Source: Mobula hypostoma
Lineage: Eukaryota
DNA length: 64,000 nucleotides
Direction of reading: 5' to 3'
Assembly: GCF_963921235.1 (NCBI RefSeq)
Contig: NC_086097.1
Location: 47,556,001-47,620,000, forward strand
Made by a program: the position numbers and the translations under genes. Shown here in pieces: positions 1-38,472 of the stretch (position 1 is its first letter; the number at the start of each line of letters is the position of its first letter). Below the pieces are notes generated by a model. The model saw nothing but the letters and a program-made list of their open reading frames with translations, had not been told where the DNA came from and made no database searches.

Positions 1-573
1 TCTGCTTAACAATTGCTTTCTATTCCTTTTGATATCAATGTAATCTTTTTCTTGTACTTTATCCAATATTCAGATCATTCGGTAAAATAACTCAACACAA
101 TCTATGGTCTAACCTAGACTTTAGTTGTTCTACAAATCTGGATTCTATTCCTCCAGAAAAGGAACTGCAATCTTTGTTCTGATGAAGAGTCTTAACTGGA
201 AATATTTAATTCTGCTTTTCCTTTCACAGATGTTACGTGCCCTGCCAAGGATTTCCAGTATTTAATTCTACTATTTTGGTAATTTATATCATTACCTTTA
301 AAAAAAAATGCAAATACGTACACCTACTTACCACTTTACCTCTATTGAATTATATTTTATTAACTTATTTATGGTAATATTTTGTTCTATGCACAGTGTG
401 TGATACATGTACTGTGGTGCACTGTGGTCTGGAGAAACATTTTGTTTGGTTGTATATGGGTCAGAGGACAATAAACTTGAACTATTTCATTTGGATTCTT
501 ATGGTTACGTTTCATGGCACAAAATAATTCGTTAGTTAAATGCAAATGAATAGGCAAAATAAATTATACTTGC

Positions 574-620
574 CCTAATTGATTCTGAGCCAAATGAGAA
601 TCACTTACTGCATCTGCTAC
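574..620 (-). CDS. XRCC3: XRCC3 coding exon 6 ([16 protein letters not shown]), predicted GC donor
   Basis: Acceptor ttcttgcag, phase 0, continuing NQ|V; 47 nt to GG|GCAAGT. Size and phase match the short penultimate XRCC3 exon as I recall it. Confidence 0.75.
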
Positions 621-3600
621 CTGCAAGAAAAGTACAGAAGATCACTTTAGATTTAATTAAATTACTAATACCACTGGCTTAATTATATGCATACATTATG
701 AACATACAAACTAGGAGGCCATTTGGTCCTTCAAGCCCACTCCACTATAGCTGACTAAGTTGAAACCTCCATATTCCTGACTACCAATGGTTATCTTTCA
801 CCACTTAGCTTACTAAGCATCTATCTACCTCTACTTTACAAATATTTAAAGAGTCTGCTTCCTCACCCAGGGGAAAAAAAACCCACTTCTTCTGTCTTAA
901 ATTGATGAACCCAGTCCAGTTACCTTGCATCCTTCTAGATATACAGTGCCTATAAAAAGTATTCATCCCCCCCACCTTTGTCAAGGAGGATGTCAAAGAT
1001 AAGTTTTTCACACAGACAGTGGTGAGTATGTGAAATACACTGCCAGCAACGGTGATAGATACAATAGGGTCTTTTAAGAGACTCTTAGATAGACACATGG
1101 AGCTTAGAAAAATAGAGGGCTATGCAGTAGGGAAATTCTAGCCAGTTTTTAGAGTAGGTTACATGGTCAGCACAACATTGTGGGCTGAAGGCCCTGTAAT
1201 GTGCTGTAGATTTCTACGTTTTATGAAACCTATCCTGAGGTTTCTTATCTTTTTTTTGCGATATGGCAAGCAGAACTGTATATAGTACTCAGTGTCATCT
1301 AAAGAAGGTTTCATGTGTAACTCTCTAATTGTATCCAATTCTATCTAATTCTTGATTTTTTTTCCTTGAAAAGAAAATTGGCTTTGGTAATTAATCTATA
1401 GTGCAACTTTTATTGATGTGCTTGTGCTCCAAGATCCCTTTGTTCCACTACTCCACTTAGATTGACACTTCGAAGTAATAAAGTGACCTCCCCGCTTTTC
1501 CTAGCAATCTGTATTGAACTTCATTTGTTAGGTTTTTGCCCACTCTCCAAGTTTGCTCATGGTCTTCTGTAATTTGTTGCAGGCTGTAATTTGATATCTC
1601 CTGGAAATTAAAAAAAAATACATTTTCTATATGATATACCCTTTTCAGGATCATGACTGACAGCAAGAGAACTGTCAGAAAAGACCTGCATATGGAGAAA
1701 GCAGCACCCGTTACTCTTTTAGGAAAAAAAAGTAACTATGTTCAGGACTAGGTTTTTAAAAATGCTTTCATACTTCATTTTCTTGACCCAAAATTACTGG
1801 CTTCAAAATACCTTGGCATTAAATTAAAAACATTAAGTCAATCTTTAGTATGGATTAACGGTACACGACAACCCCATAACTATTTAAAATCTTTTAATTA
1901 TTGTAGCATACTTACAGCTTCAACATAAGCCACAGACTAATAACAGTACTTTAGTGTTCAGTGTACATTTGATTACAACCATTTTGTCTGAAAAAAATTC
2001 AGAATACTACAACATGTTCTTCATAAAATGCATACTCTATATCATCAAATAATTTATTGCTTTGTGCATTTGGGGGTTCTCTTTTCAGATTTGAAACATG
2101 GGAATTATTGGCAAGATAGGCATTGGTTATTCAAAGATTGTTAAACTACTGTAATCACTCCAAGGAAGATGCTTCTACAATGATAGTGAGGGAATTCCAA
2201 ACCCAACAGCATTAAATAAATGAGTTTAGAATAGTATACAAATTGGAAGTAGTGGTAAACTTACATATAGTTTGCTTTTGTCATTCTACGAAGTGTAGAT
2301 TGAAGATTTAGAGTAGGTAAGAATTCCAAAATATGTAGCTAAGTATTCAAAGATCAACACATTGTGTTAATTTGGAAAGCAATACCTGGTTGACACAGAT
2401 GACTGGGCTAGTAAACCTGTGGCTGAGATGGTGGAGCATGGCACCAAACTCCTGAAGACATCGGGCTTTTGTAATGGAATTACTGGCTCCAAATTCACAT
2501 CTGAATAAAGCTGCAATGGAATCAATCACCACTAGGCGTATCAAACCACGTGACAGTAATACTGGTAATCTTTTACTAAGACAGTGATTGAAGGATTCCT
2601 ACAAAACCAAAAAAAAAAGTTGCAGGCATTTAATTACCTCTAAACCAACGTTGCAAGGACAACAGTGTTAGTATTTAATGTGTACAAGAAAAATCAAACA
2701 TTCATAATTCAACTTTTAACATGAGAATTCCAAAGGGAGCTGGATCTTTACACTCTATATTATCACCAATCTTGACTACTCCAATACAAACTATTGAGCA
2801 TTCCAACAAATAATAATGTTTTAGTGATGAAAATACATTTGAGTTATCAATTACATTCTAAAGGGCCAAATTGTTTCAGTCAGCAGTGAATTTCCTGTAT
2901 TCATCTCCGATTTAAAAGTTGCCTACATATTAGTTAATGTAATTTTCAAGTGATATCGAGTAATTGGATCCATATCCTCATTGTAAGCCCCTTTATAAAG
3001 ATGGGGCCTCCTGCAACCTTAAACTACTCAATGAGAACCAGCCCACCCATAAGTCAAGGGGATAAAGGACAATGGACAGTTGATTCACCAAATCTGGTTC
3101 AACCATCTATCAAAGTTATTAAATCAATGATGTGTGCAGCATTGGAACATAATTATAGAAATGCTAGAAGGTGGCTGCCGTGAAGTTCAGAAATTTATTC
3201 ATGTACAGTAATGCTGAACTTGTAGGTATTAACACACAAGTACACTTCACCATTTACTCCAGATTTACTAAGGAAATTGCAAATCATAGTAAATCCAGGC
3301 AACAAAATCAATGGGAACCACGGAAGACTATTTAATAATATTGATCTCAATATGCACCCAAAAAATTACAATAAATTAAATAAAATTCCAATATTTGCAA
3401 ATTCTATTAGGTGAATCTAGAATCACACTGTACTATATTTTTCTTCAGTAAACTGGGATAGTTTGTGACAAGGGGAAATTGTAAAAGAAGCTGAATTATT
3501 TACATGTCTGTACACTTCAAGGTAAATGATTGAAGTTTATGAAATATGCAGCTCAAGTATTTCAGTTTAGACTTAATTCTAAGATTAATGCAGACTTGGT

Positions 3601-6600
3601 TTCAGTTAACCGAGAATGACATTCTGAATGTAAGCACTTTTGTGAACTTGCATAGTATTTTCTCCCCCAAAATACAATTTAAAAACACAAAGTATTTATT
3701 TATATCAACTACACTCTTTTAATAATTTTTAACTCACATACACCCAGTACAGAATCTTAATTGGCCACCTATTCATTTCTTTAGTACCAACATCTGGCAT
3801 ATCACATATGTCCAAATATTGCTTATAGTATTAAGCATCTTCAACCTTAATTAGTATCATGTTAATCCCTGTACAGATTTTAGTTTTGCATGTGAAATAT
3901 AACAACTCACTTGTGCACATTGGACTCACCACATCTGCAACATGTTCAATAAAGATGTTGTTACCAAACTTAATATTGTTGACAACATCAGCAGGTACAT
4001 CAGCTCTTAACACAGGCTGAAAGGCAATCAACTGCTGCAAACGTTTATTTGGAAATGTATCTTCCGTACAAATATACACGGCACCTAAAGGGATAAGAGA
4101 TTCAAAAAGTTCAAAGGGTTGGGGGGGGGGGAAGACATAAGAAAAAGCAAAAAAAAGAGAAGCAAGCAAAGATTGAGAATATTCATATATAGGAATGTAG
4201 AATTTACGATGTTTGATGAAATCAATTGAATTTAATAAAAAATGTAAAGTAGCATTATCTTTTTCTGTTCCAGTGATCACAAGAGCCTTGTACTGATAGT
4301 AACTGTTTAAATGCATTTTAATACAGATTCAGGACAAGTTCAGTTCAAGTGTGGATTCTTTGACTAAATACCTTACATTTACAGTGTATTCACTGGAAAA
4401 TTCTGTATCATACTCATGGAGACACAGGAGTCATTTCCCCCTCAAAATGTATGGAAGGTAAGAATTGAATAAGCATTGGACAAGAATGCAGTTGTTTTAA
4501 AAGACTTGTTATTAATTGACACCGTAATTTAATTTTTTTTGAATGTCTAGAAATATTTTAAATATTTAGGTATGCTGATTGTTTTATAAGCATATAGAAT
4601 TTTTTTAAAAGTTTAATCAACCTGACTTCTGGCTAAGTTTTACAGCGTAACAGCCAAATTCTTTTTCTCATGTCCTATTTTGAAAAATGGAAGATGAACA
4701 CTAGCTGTAGATCATAAAAATTATCCTTATTATTAATCATTTATTTTCTTCACGATTGAATGCCTTTGAATTAAGTCTACATAGAGTATTTTAGTTTAAG
4801 GTACCATATTTTAGGGCAAGATCTCTTCTACCGCACAAGCAGTATACCACAATCATTCCATTACAAATGAGATAGAGATTGGATAATTAACTAAATAACT
4901 CCAAGAACTACTTTAAAAATAATTGATTATATATATTGAAGATCTAATAAAGCAATTACAACAGATCTATAAAGTAACAAAAACTAAAAGAAACTGGGAA
5001 AACTCAAAATAAGGAAGCATCTGTGGAAGAAGAAACGGTTACATTTCAGCTCAAGCTCCTTTGTAACAATTACAGTATCCAAATTAAAATTCTTTTACCT
5101 GAACCAAGAGCTTTCCCTTTCAATCCTTTACACCCCTGCGAGAATAGATTTACTTTCTTTTGCCTTATTTAACACATTTATTCAACTTGTAGAAGAATAA
5201 GTCACATCTAAAACAATGTTTACCTGATTCTTGTCCACCATAATTACATGGGAACTGTACAGACAAACAGAGCTGCATGCAAATCTGAGTCTTCCCTGAT
5301 GAACTCTCTCCAACAATTTCCGTAATCCCCATTAATGGAATTCCACCTCCTAGTAGCAAGTCCAGTATTGGGCAACCCATACTAAGTCTTTGATTCTGAG
5401 TTGGAAAAGGACACTCTCCATTGTATATCTGAAGGGCTGGAGAACGAACAATATATAACAGATGTATTATTTCATACTTCCTTGTTACTTCTATTTCCTT
5501 ACTTCACATTTATTTCCCGACCAAAAGAACAGGTAGAAAAGTACTTAATGTATTGGCTAGGTGTGGAAGGTTGAGAAATCAGCTCACTAGGTAATATTTC
5601 TTTACTCATGCTTCCAAATTCCTCTATTTAAGAAAGAATGAATTAACTTGGAGAAATCATTTGGCTAGAGAAGATCAGGAAACCAAAACATCCAATATGC
5701 AATGAAGTTTTTGATAGCCAGGTTTATGATAAATAATCCAGGTTATTTATCCTACCTCATGTCCATCAGTTTGCTACTTCAAACATCTAGGTCAATTTCT
5801 TCCAATTTTAGAATCACACAGACCAAAGTCTACTATATTGGTACTTCCATTATTTCGCTAATCCTCAATTCTAAAGTGAATGTATACATTTTTTCCTCAG
5901 GGAGTCTACTCTACAAATTCAATAGTAACAAAAAATTCTCATGTTTTATTTAATAAGATTGTTTCATCCTCATTTCTTTCCATCTTATGTTTGAATAAAT
6001 TGACTTTTACAGAGTACAATTCCACATACACTGGCTGTGTCCAAGCAGTGCAACATGGAGGAACAGCAGGCAATATTGTTGCCTCAGAGTTCCAATGACC
6101 AGCACTATATTGTTGAGTTTGGATGTTCTCCTTAAACATGTACGAGTTTCCAAGTGCAGTTTTCCTCCAACATTTCAAAGACATGCTGGCTAGAAGACTA
6201 ATTAGCATTTGTAAATTGCCTCTAATTTGGTTCAGTATTATAATATTTCATATACAAATTCTGTCAAACTGCTGGAGCACCATTAAAACCTTTAATTCTT
6301 TTTGATAATTTCTTATTAGAGAAAAACAATCTCATAGCCAAGTTCTGGAGCAGCTCTTGCCAGTCTCTGAATGAGGGTACATTCATAAAATGATAGCCAA
6401 ACTTTAAAAAAACAGATTGTTGCTTAGCAGTTTTAAATGAATTATATGGATTAAGATAAAAATAAATGACTGAAATATATATTTCAAATAAATATAATGT
6501 TGAATGTTGGTCTTAATAATATTTTATTTCAATCCTACAAAGATTTTGCAGCACATCTTTTTACACACCTGTTACCACTGGATCACTCTTTATAGCCGCA

Positions 6601-9600
6601 GCAACAGTTTTATGCAAATATTGCACATCACGATTGGACAGTTTAGTGAGCCGTTGCAGATCTGGTCCTGACAACTTCAAGATCTCTTTCATGGAATGAA
6701 TGTTTGCTGCAGAGTAAAAAAAAAATTGTAAGTATTGCAAATCACAAATCAATAATAGACAAAACTATCCAAGTTAAAATCTGTAATACAACCTCACATT
6801 ATGGAGGGGTTGCATTCCTAGAAAACTATCCATACCACAAAATGTGAACCTTTGATTTTTTTTTAACAAATGCTATTTCTTTTGCATGTGTGATTTTGTT
6901 GTTTTTTTCTTCACTAAGTTCTGTGAGAGTGAATTTCTATTCTGTATCTCAATTTTTTTGGTAATGATTTGTAAATTCTTCAAAGACGAATTTCCATTAC
7001 CTAAACTGCCTTAACACAGGCATACACTGTACTGTTTTCATTCCGTTTAAGTAAAATATTTAAAAATGTTTATTTCATAGCACACTATCAACATGTTCAG
7101 AGATTATACTTGCATAGAATTCTGAACTGAAGAAATTTGACTAGATAATAAAAAATTTTAAGTATAAAAATATATTTGTCCCACAGTGCTCCAAACCTAT
7201 CACTTTCCTTCAGAAGCTTTCAGGAGTGATTCCCTAAAATATGTTTATATTAAAAAAGGCACATTTTTGAAAACACATTCTGAGATGGTGTGCTTTAAAA
7301 AAAACTATTTTAAAAGTTAGCACAATTTCTGAATTCCTATCCATGAATCAGGCCACAATCTTCTCTCTGGAAGTGTATTATTCTGCACTCTAGATATTAG
7401 ATTAGATTCAACTTTATTGTCATTGTGCCGAGTACAGATACAAAGCCAATGAAATACATTTAGCATCTGACCAGAAATGCAAAGAATAGTGTTATTTACA
7501 AAATAACTGCGAATAAAAGAACACAACACAAATATAAAAGTACTGAGACAGTACAATACAGATGCAATACTGCTTAGCGCTGTGATGAGAGGTTCAGCAG
7601 TGTCACAGCCTCAGGGAAGAAGCTCTTCCTGTGCCTGCTGGTGCAGGAGCAGAGGCTCCTGAAGCACCTACTGGATGGGAGGAGAGTAAAAAGTCCATGG
7701 TTAGGGTGAGATGCATCCCTGATAATGCTTATCGCCCTGCCCAGGCAGTGTTTATGGTAGATGTTTTCAATGGTGGGCAATTGGGTACCAATAATCCGCT
7801 GGGCAGTTTTCACCACACGCTGGAGTGCTTTGCGGTCTGATACGGGATAATTGCCATACCACACTGAGAAGCAGCTGGTGAGTATGCTCTCAATGGTACA
7901 GCGGTAAGCGGTAAATATAAAAGATTTTGCCACGTAATTAGAAATTTAGAGTGAATTTTCCATGCCAGGTTAAAAAACCTATTTAGACTAATCCATACCC
8001 CAGCTCCAGGCCGGCAGCCGACAAGCTTCAGTATATTAAATACTTCTTTGATTTAAGAATGAGAGCACCCAGATGGAGACTTTTGCACCTTTGTTAGCTA
8101 TAAGTGAGGTTCCAGAAGACTGGAGGATAACTAAAGTTGTTCTTTTATTTAATAATGCTAGCAGAGATAAACCAGATAATTACGGGCAAGTGAACCTTGC
8201 ATCAGAAAATTATTGAAGAAAATCCTAACAAATAGGATTTATGTATGTTTGGAAAGGCAGAGAAAATCCTGAATCACATTGGTCGAATTTTATTGTGGAA
8301 ATTAGTAAAATGATTAATGAAGGCAGGGTAAAAGCTATTAATGATATGGACTTTAGCAAGGCACCTGACAAGTTCCCCACATAGTCACCTGTTTATGAAA
8401 AGGTTATAGCACATGGAATCAAAGGAGAGTTGGCCTATTTGATCCAAAATTAGCATGGTGGTAGGAGGCATATTGCAATGGTGTACATTTCTGCTTGGGA
8501 GTCCATACCAGAGATATATCATAAGAATTGGCGCTGGGATACTTGTTGGCATTCAGAATTGGCAATCTTGGTACGACCTCCGGAAGGCTATCTCACACAC
8601 AAAGCGATCATTTCAAACTAAACCTGAATCACAGACGAATGTTCAACAAGTGTGGTAGGGCTTGAATAACATCACCTCCTACAAAGCAAAGCGAAGCAAC
8701 ATAAATGGTAACAAGATTGCGTTCCCAGACTAGCTCAATACCTTTTATGCTCACTTTGACCAAAAGACCACGGGGGCACCTTCACGAGTCCCCCACAGCC
8801 TTGGATGACTATGTATCTGTGTGACTGAAACAACATGCAAGCATCCTTCATGACAGCAAACCCACAAAACTCATCTGGCCCAGAGAGTGGATCTGGCCAC
8901 GTACTGGAAACCTGTGCTAATCAACTAGCTGGAGTGTTTAGACCTCTTCAACCTCTCACTTTGGCAGTCTGAGGCTCCCATCTGCTTTAAGCAGGCTTCA
9001 ATCATAACAGTGCCCAAGAACTCGTTTCAATGACTATCATCCAGTAGCACTTACATCCACTGTGTAGAAGTGCTTTGAGAGTTTGTCCATAAAGCACATC
9101 AACATCTACCCGAGGAGTGAACTGGATCTGCTCCAATTTGCCTACGTCACAAGAGGTTAAGATGTAGTTTCATTGGCTGTTCACTCAGTTCTAGAACACC
9201 AATACAATGAAGATACATAGGCCCAGATACTCTTCATAGACTATAGCTCAGCATTCAACACTTTCAATCCCTTGAAACTGATCATTAGGCTCCAGAACCT
9301 GGGCTTCAATACCTCCCTGTGCAACTGGATCTTTAATTTCCTCACTGGCAGACCCCAGTTAGTACAAATTAGCAACAACATCTCTTCCACAATCACCACA
9401 GTACAGGAGCATGAGGCTGTGTGCTTAGACCCTGCTTTACTCACTATGCCTATGATTGTGTGGATAACTACAGCTGCAGTTCCATATTTAAGTTTGCTGA
9501 TGATACCACTGACATTGGCTGAATCAAAGGTAGTAATGAATTGGTATATAGGAGGGAGATTGAAAATCTGGTTCATCAGTGGTACAACAACCTCTCAGTC

Positions 9601-11802
9601 AACACCAGGAAAACCAAAGAGCTGGTCATTGACTACAGGGGAAGAAGCTAAAGGTTCATAAACCAGTCCTCATTAGGGGATCAGAGGTGGAGAGGGTCAG
9701 TAGCTTAAAATTCCTTGACCGGCATTAGCAAACCTGAGGATATGATGGCAAGTAGATTCCATCACAGAGAAGGCATGACAGAACCTCAACTTTCTTAGGA
9801 GATTGCATAGATTCAGCATGACACCAAAAACTTTGACAAACTTCTATAGATGCACAGTGGAGAGTTCCTAACTGGTTGCATCACAGCCTGGTATGGAAAC
9901 ACCAATGCCCAGAAACTGAAATGTCTACAGAAAATGTTGGATACGGCACAGTCCATCACAGACAAACCTCTCCCCACCAGTGAGTATATTTATATGAAGC
10001 ACTGCCACAAGAATGCAGAAACCATCAAAGACCTCCAGCATCCAGGCTATGCTTTCAGGCAGAAGGTACACCACAAGGTACAGGAAATTATTACCCTATA
10101 ACCATCACACTCCTGAACCAGCGTGGTTAATTAACTTCACTGACTACAACTCTAACCTGATTTTATGACCTACAGACTCACTGTCAAGGACACTTTTACC
10201 GCTCACGTTCCCAGCATTATTTATTTTTTATATCTGCACACTAATACACTGGTTGTGTCAGTCTTCCGGTAGTTTTTGTAGATTCCATTGTATTTTTTTA
10301 ATTTTTCCTGTAAATGCCTGCAAGAAAATGATTCTCAGGCTATTATAATGTAATGTATTTGCACTTTGATCATAAATTTACTTTGAACTTGTTGCTTTTA
10401 TGTGCATCAATGAATTGGATGCAAGAAGTGTGATTGGAAGTTGAAAGCATCATGGATGATATAGCCCAGATGGGAATATGGGGAGAGCATTGGCAGATAA
10501 AATTTAATCCCAAATTTGTGGTGATATTTTTGGTAAATCAAATGGGGTAGGATGTATACAGTAAATGATAAGGAGCTAAGGAATATTCATGAAGAGAGAG
10601 ACCTTGGTATTCAGTTCATAGTTCCCTAAAAAGTGGCAACACATGCAGATTCCGTGATGGCATGTGGAATGCTTGGCTTCATAAATCAGGAAAAAGAATA
10701 CGAAAATTAGGAGGTTATGTTGCTACTTTACAAAATACTGTACTAGTCATTTGGTGTATTGTAAGACATTGGGGTCACTACCATTTGGAAATATGTGATT
10801 GTGCTGCAGGGATTCCAGAGCAGATGAACCATGATGCTGCCTGGATGGAGGGGTATAGTTATGGGGAGAGATTGGATAGGCTGGATTGGTTTTCCTTTGA
10901 AAAAAGGTGGGGAGAGGAAGAGGTCACCTGATAGAGATAAAACACAATTACAAAGATCCTTTGGTCCTGCCCAAGGGTTCTCTGCTGGAAATCTCGACTA
11001 TGCTCTTTTCCATAGATGCTGAGTTCCTGAAGCATTTTGTGTGTGTTGCTTGAATTTCCAGCATCTGCAGATTTTCTCTTGTTTGTGACAAGTATAAAGA
11101 GATACATGGAATCTTTTTTTCATGGTAGGGATATCAAAAACAAGAGGGCATAAATTTAAAGTAAGAAGTAATTTAAACAGGATTTCAAGAATACAAACAT
11201 AAAATAGTTCGACATAGAAGCAGGCCCTTGCGCACCAGAACATTTAAGCTGCATAAGATCTACATCCTACATTCTCCGCCTGTTTACGTGCCTCTATTAA
11301 CGCCTCAAACACTGCCATCATATGTGTTCCCACCACCTGTCTCGGCAGTGTTCCCAGCACCTACCACTCCACGTAGAAAAAGGCTTTGCTCGAATACCCT
11401 TTAAATTCCCCGCGCCCATTCACCTTAAAAGCTATGTTTACAGATTTCTGATATTTTCACCCTGAGAAAAAGACTAACCATCTATTCTCACATTGTTTTA
11501 TGAACATCTATCGATAGCTGTACTCTTTTGATTCACAATTTTTTTATCCTTATTGTATCACGTTGATGTCACAAATCATTTTGCTTTCTGAGAATATCGT
11601 GCATGCAGTCCAGATCAAGTACAGTACTCCATTCTCCCCCATTAGTGCCGATCCTTTCTCATTCATACGTCCATTAATAGACCTACTTTCTTGCCTTCAG
11701 ATTTGTAGCATCCTATTTCCTTTTTAAAAAATAACACAGAAGCTGACCTTTTCTAACAGCGACCACCACTTTCGGGTTGAGGTCCAGCTGCCCCCAATCC
11801 AT
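574..11802 (-). CDS. XRCC3: XRCC3, RAD51 paralog DNA repair protein; spliced, 6 coding exons in window, final exon beyond left edge
   Basis: Exons 11802-11748, 6706-6569, 5436-5224, 4084-3930, 2598-2386 and 620-574 join in frame (55/138/213/155/213/47 nt). They give [18 protein letters not shown]..., Walker A GESSSGKT and Walker [14 protein letters not shown]. Confidence 0.97.
944..975 (+). mobile_element. Solo Tc1-like terminal fragment
   Basis: TA|CAGTGCCTATAAAAAGTATTCA, the same terminus as the Tc1 element at 21098. Confidence 0.6.
985..1225 (+). mobile_element. CR1-type LINE 3' end fragment
   Basis: Degenerate FFTQ.VV..WN.LP coding remnant followed by a ttctacgttttatg tail. Confidence 0.7.
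2386..2598 (-). CDS. XRCC3: XRCC3 coding exon 5 (Walker B)
   Basis: Acceptor ttttgtag, donor CAG|GTATT, 213 nt; [16 protein letters not shown]...PVICVNQ. Confidence 0.97.
3930..4084 (-). CDS. XRCC3: XRCC3 coding exon 4 ([19 protein letters not shown]...IEHVADV)
   Basis: Acceptor cctttag, donor GTG|GTGAGT, 155 nt. Confidence 0.97.
5224..5436 (-). CDS. XRCC3: XRCC3 coding exon 3 (Walker A)
   Basis: Acceptor ttctccag, donor G|GTAAA, 213 nt; [39 protein letters not shown]. Confidence 0.97.
6040..6230 (+). mobile_element. Degenerate V-SINE (tRNA-derived)
   Basis: V-domain-like gagtttggatgttctcc...ttttcctccaacatttcaaagacatgc. Confidence 0.6.
6569..6706 (-). CDS. XRCC3: XRCC3 coding exon 2 ([24 protein letters not shown]...PVVT)
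   Basis: Acceptor ctctgcag, donor G|GTGTG, 138 nt, phase 1-1; SGPDL motif. Confidence 0.95.
7395..7905 (-). mobile_element. Rex1/Babar-type LINE 3' fragment
   Basis: ORF 7574-7933, [29 protein letters not shown]; ends with AATAAA and a short (atcta)n tail. Confidence 0.8.
8060..11190 (+). mobile_element. Decayed CR1 LINE interrupted by a Rex1/Babar LINE (~8560-10390) and a Penelope pLTR fragment (~10950-11085)
   Basis: CR1 RT remnants (ccagaagactggagg..., gactttagcaaggc) at 8060-8540 resume at ~10395. The inner element has Rex1 motifs ([26 protein letters not shown]) and a ctttgaa tail. Confidence 0.75.
11748..11802 (-). CDS. XRCC3: XRCC3 first coding exon ([18 protein letters not shown], phase-1 end)
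   Basis: ATG at 11802, 55 nt, donor G|GTCAG; resembles the vertebrate XRCC3 N-terminus. Too short to appear in the ORF track. Confidence 0.92.
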
Positions 11803-11859
11803 TGCCCGGGTCGGGCCGCCGCCACCACACTCCGCCCGCTAACGGAGAAAGCGCGCGCC

Positions 11860-11894
11860 GGGTCATGGGTCACGGGTCACGGGTCACGGGTCAC
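11860..11894 (+). repeat. 7-bp tandem repeat (GGGTCAY)x5
   Basis: gggtcat gggtcac gggtcac gggtcac gggtcac, read directly. Confidence 0.95.
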
Positions 11895-11936
11895 CGGGCA
11901 ACTCTGCGCCCTGCCTCTAGGTGGCAGCCCCCCACA

Positions 11937-12185
11937 AACGAAGGGTCTCGGCCCGAAACGTCGATGCTCTACTTTTCCGTAGGTGCTGCCTGGCCCGCTG
12001 AGTTCCTCCAGCATGTTGAAATTCAGAACTCATTTTGTTTAAAACGAAGCTACACGTTCTGATCGGCACTTATCAATGACGCCGCAAACATGTTTTTCTT
12101 AAGGGTTCCGGCCCGAAACGTTGGCTGATCGTTTCCACGGATGCTGCCCGACCTGCTGAGTTCCTCCAGCGTGTTGTGAGTGTTT
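11937..12185 (+). mobile_element. Two tandem Penelope pLTR-derived fragments within the bidirectional promoter
   Basis: aagggtctcggcccgaaacgtcga...gctgagttcctccagcat (11937-12020) and aagggttccggcccgaaacgttgg...gctgagttcctccagcg (12100-12185). Confidence 0.8.
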
Positions 12186-12532
12186 TTGTTAAAATTTTAA
12201 ATTTCCGATTTACAACCAGCTGGCGGCAGGAGAGATTTAGTGCCTTGGGATTTGTCCGAGTTTCGACTCTCCCGTCTATCATTGGCTAAAAAAGCCACAA
12301 GTCGATTGGCTGAAGAATAAGGGTTTCGTATGTCAATCGAGTGAGCGCTGATTGGTTAAACGCGCTTAATCTTGGGTAATTGGTTAATATGATGACAGTA
12401 TGTGGGAAAGTCTTTTATCTGATAGGCTATTATTGTTTTTTGCCTAGTTGAGGCGATACCTGAAAGAGTTGATTGGCTATAGGTAACAAATCCTGACAAT
12501 TGATTGGCCACAGTGTTGGACAGCGTTTATGA

Positions 12533-38472
<25,940 letters not shown>

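Noticed and set aside
3831..4316. 161-aa ORF as a standalone gene
   Set aside because: Only 3930-4084 is XRCC3 exon; the rest is intronic read-through. The same applies to other exon-containing ORFs in the track.
6040..6230. tRNA gene
   Set aside because: Only a decayed tRNA-derived SINE; I recognised no intact cloverleaf, rRNA or snoRNA anywhere in the window by eye.
11802..12062. 86-aa plus-strand ORF in the promoter
   Set aside because: Non-ATG start, and it is built from a GC-rich tract, the 7-mer repeat and a Penelope fragment; no recognisable protein.
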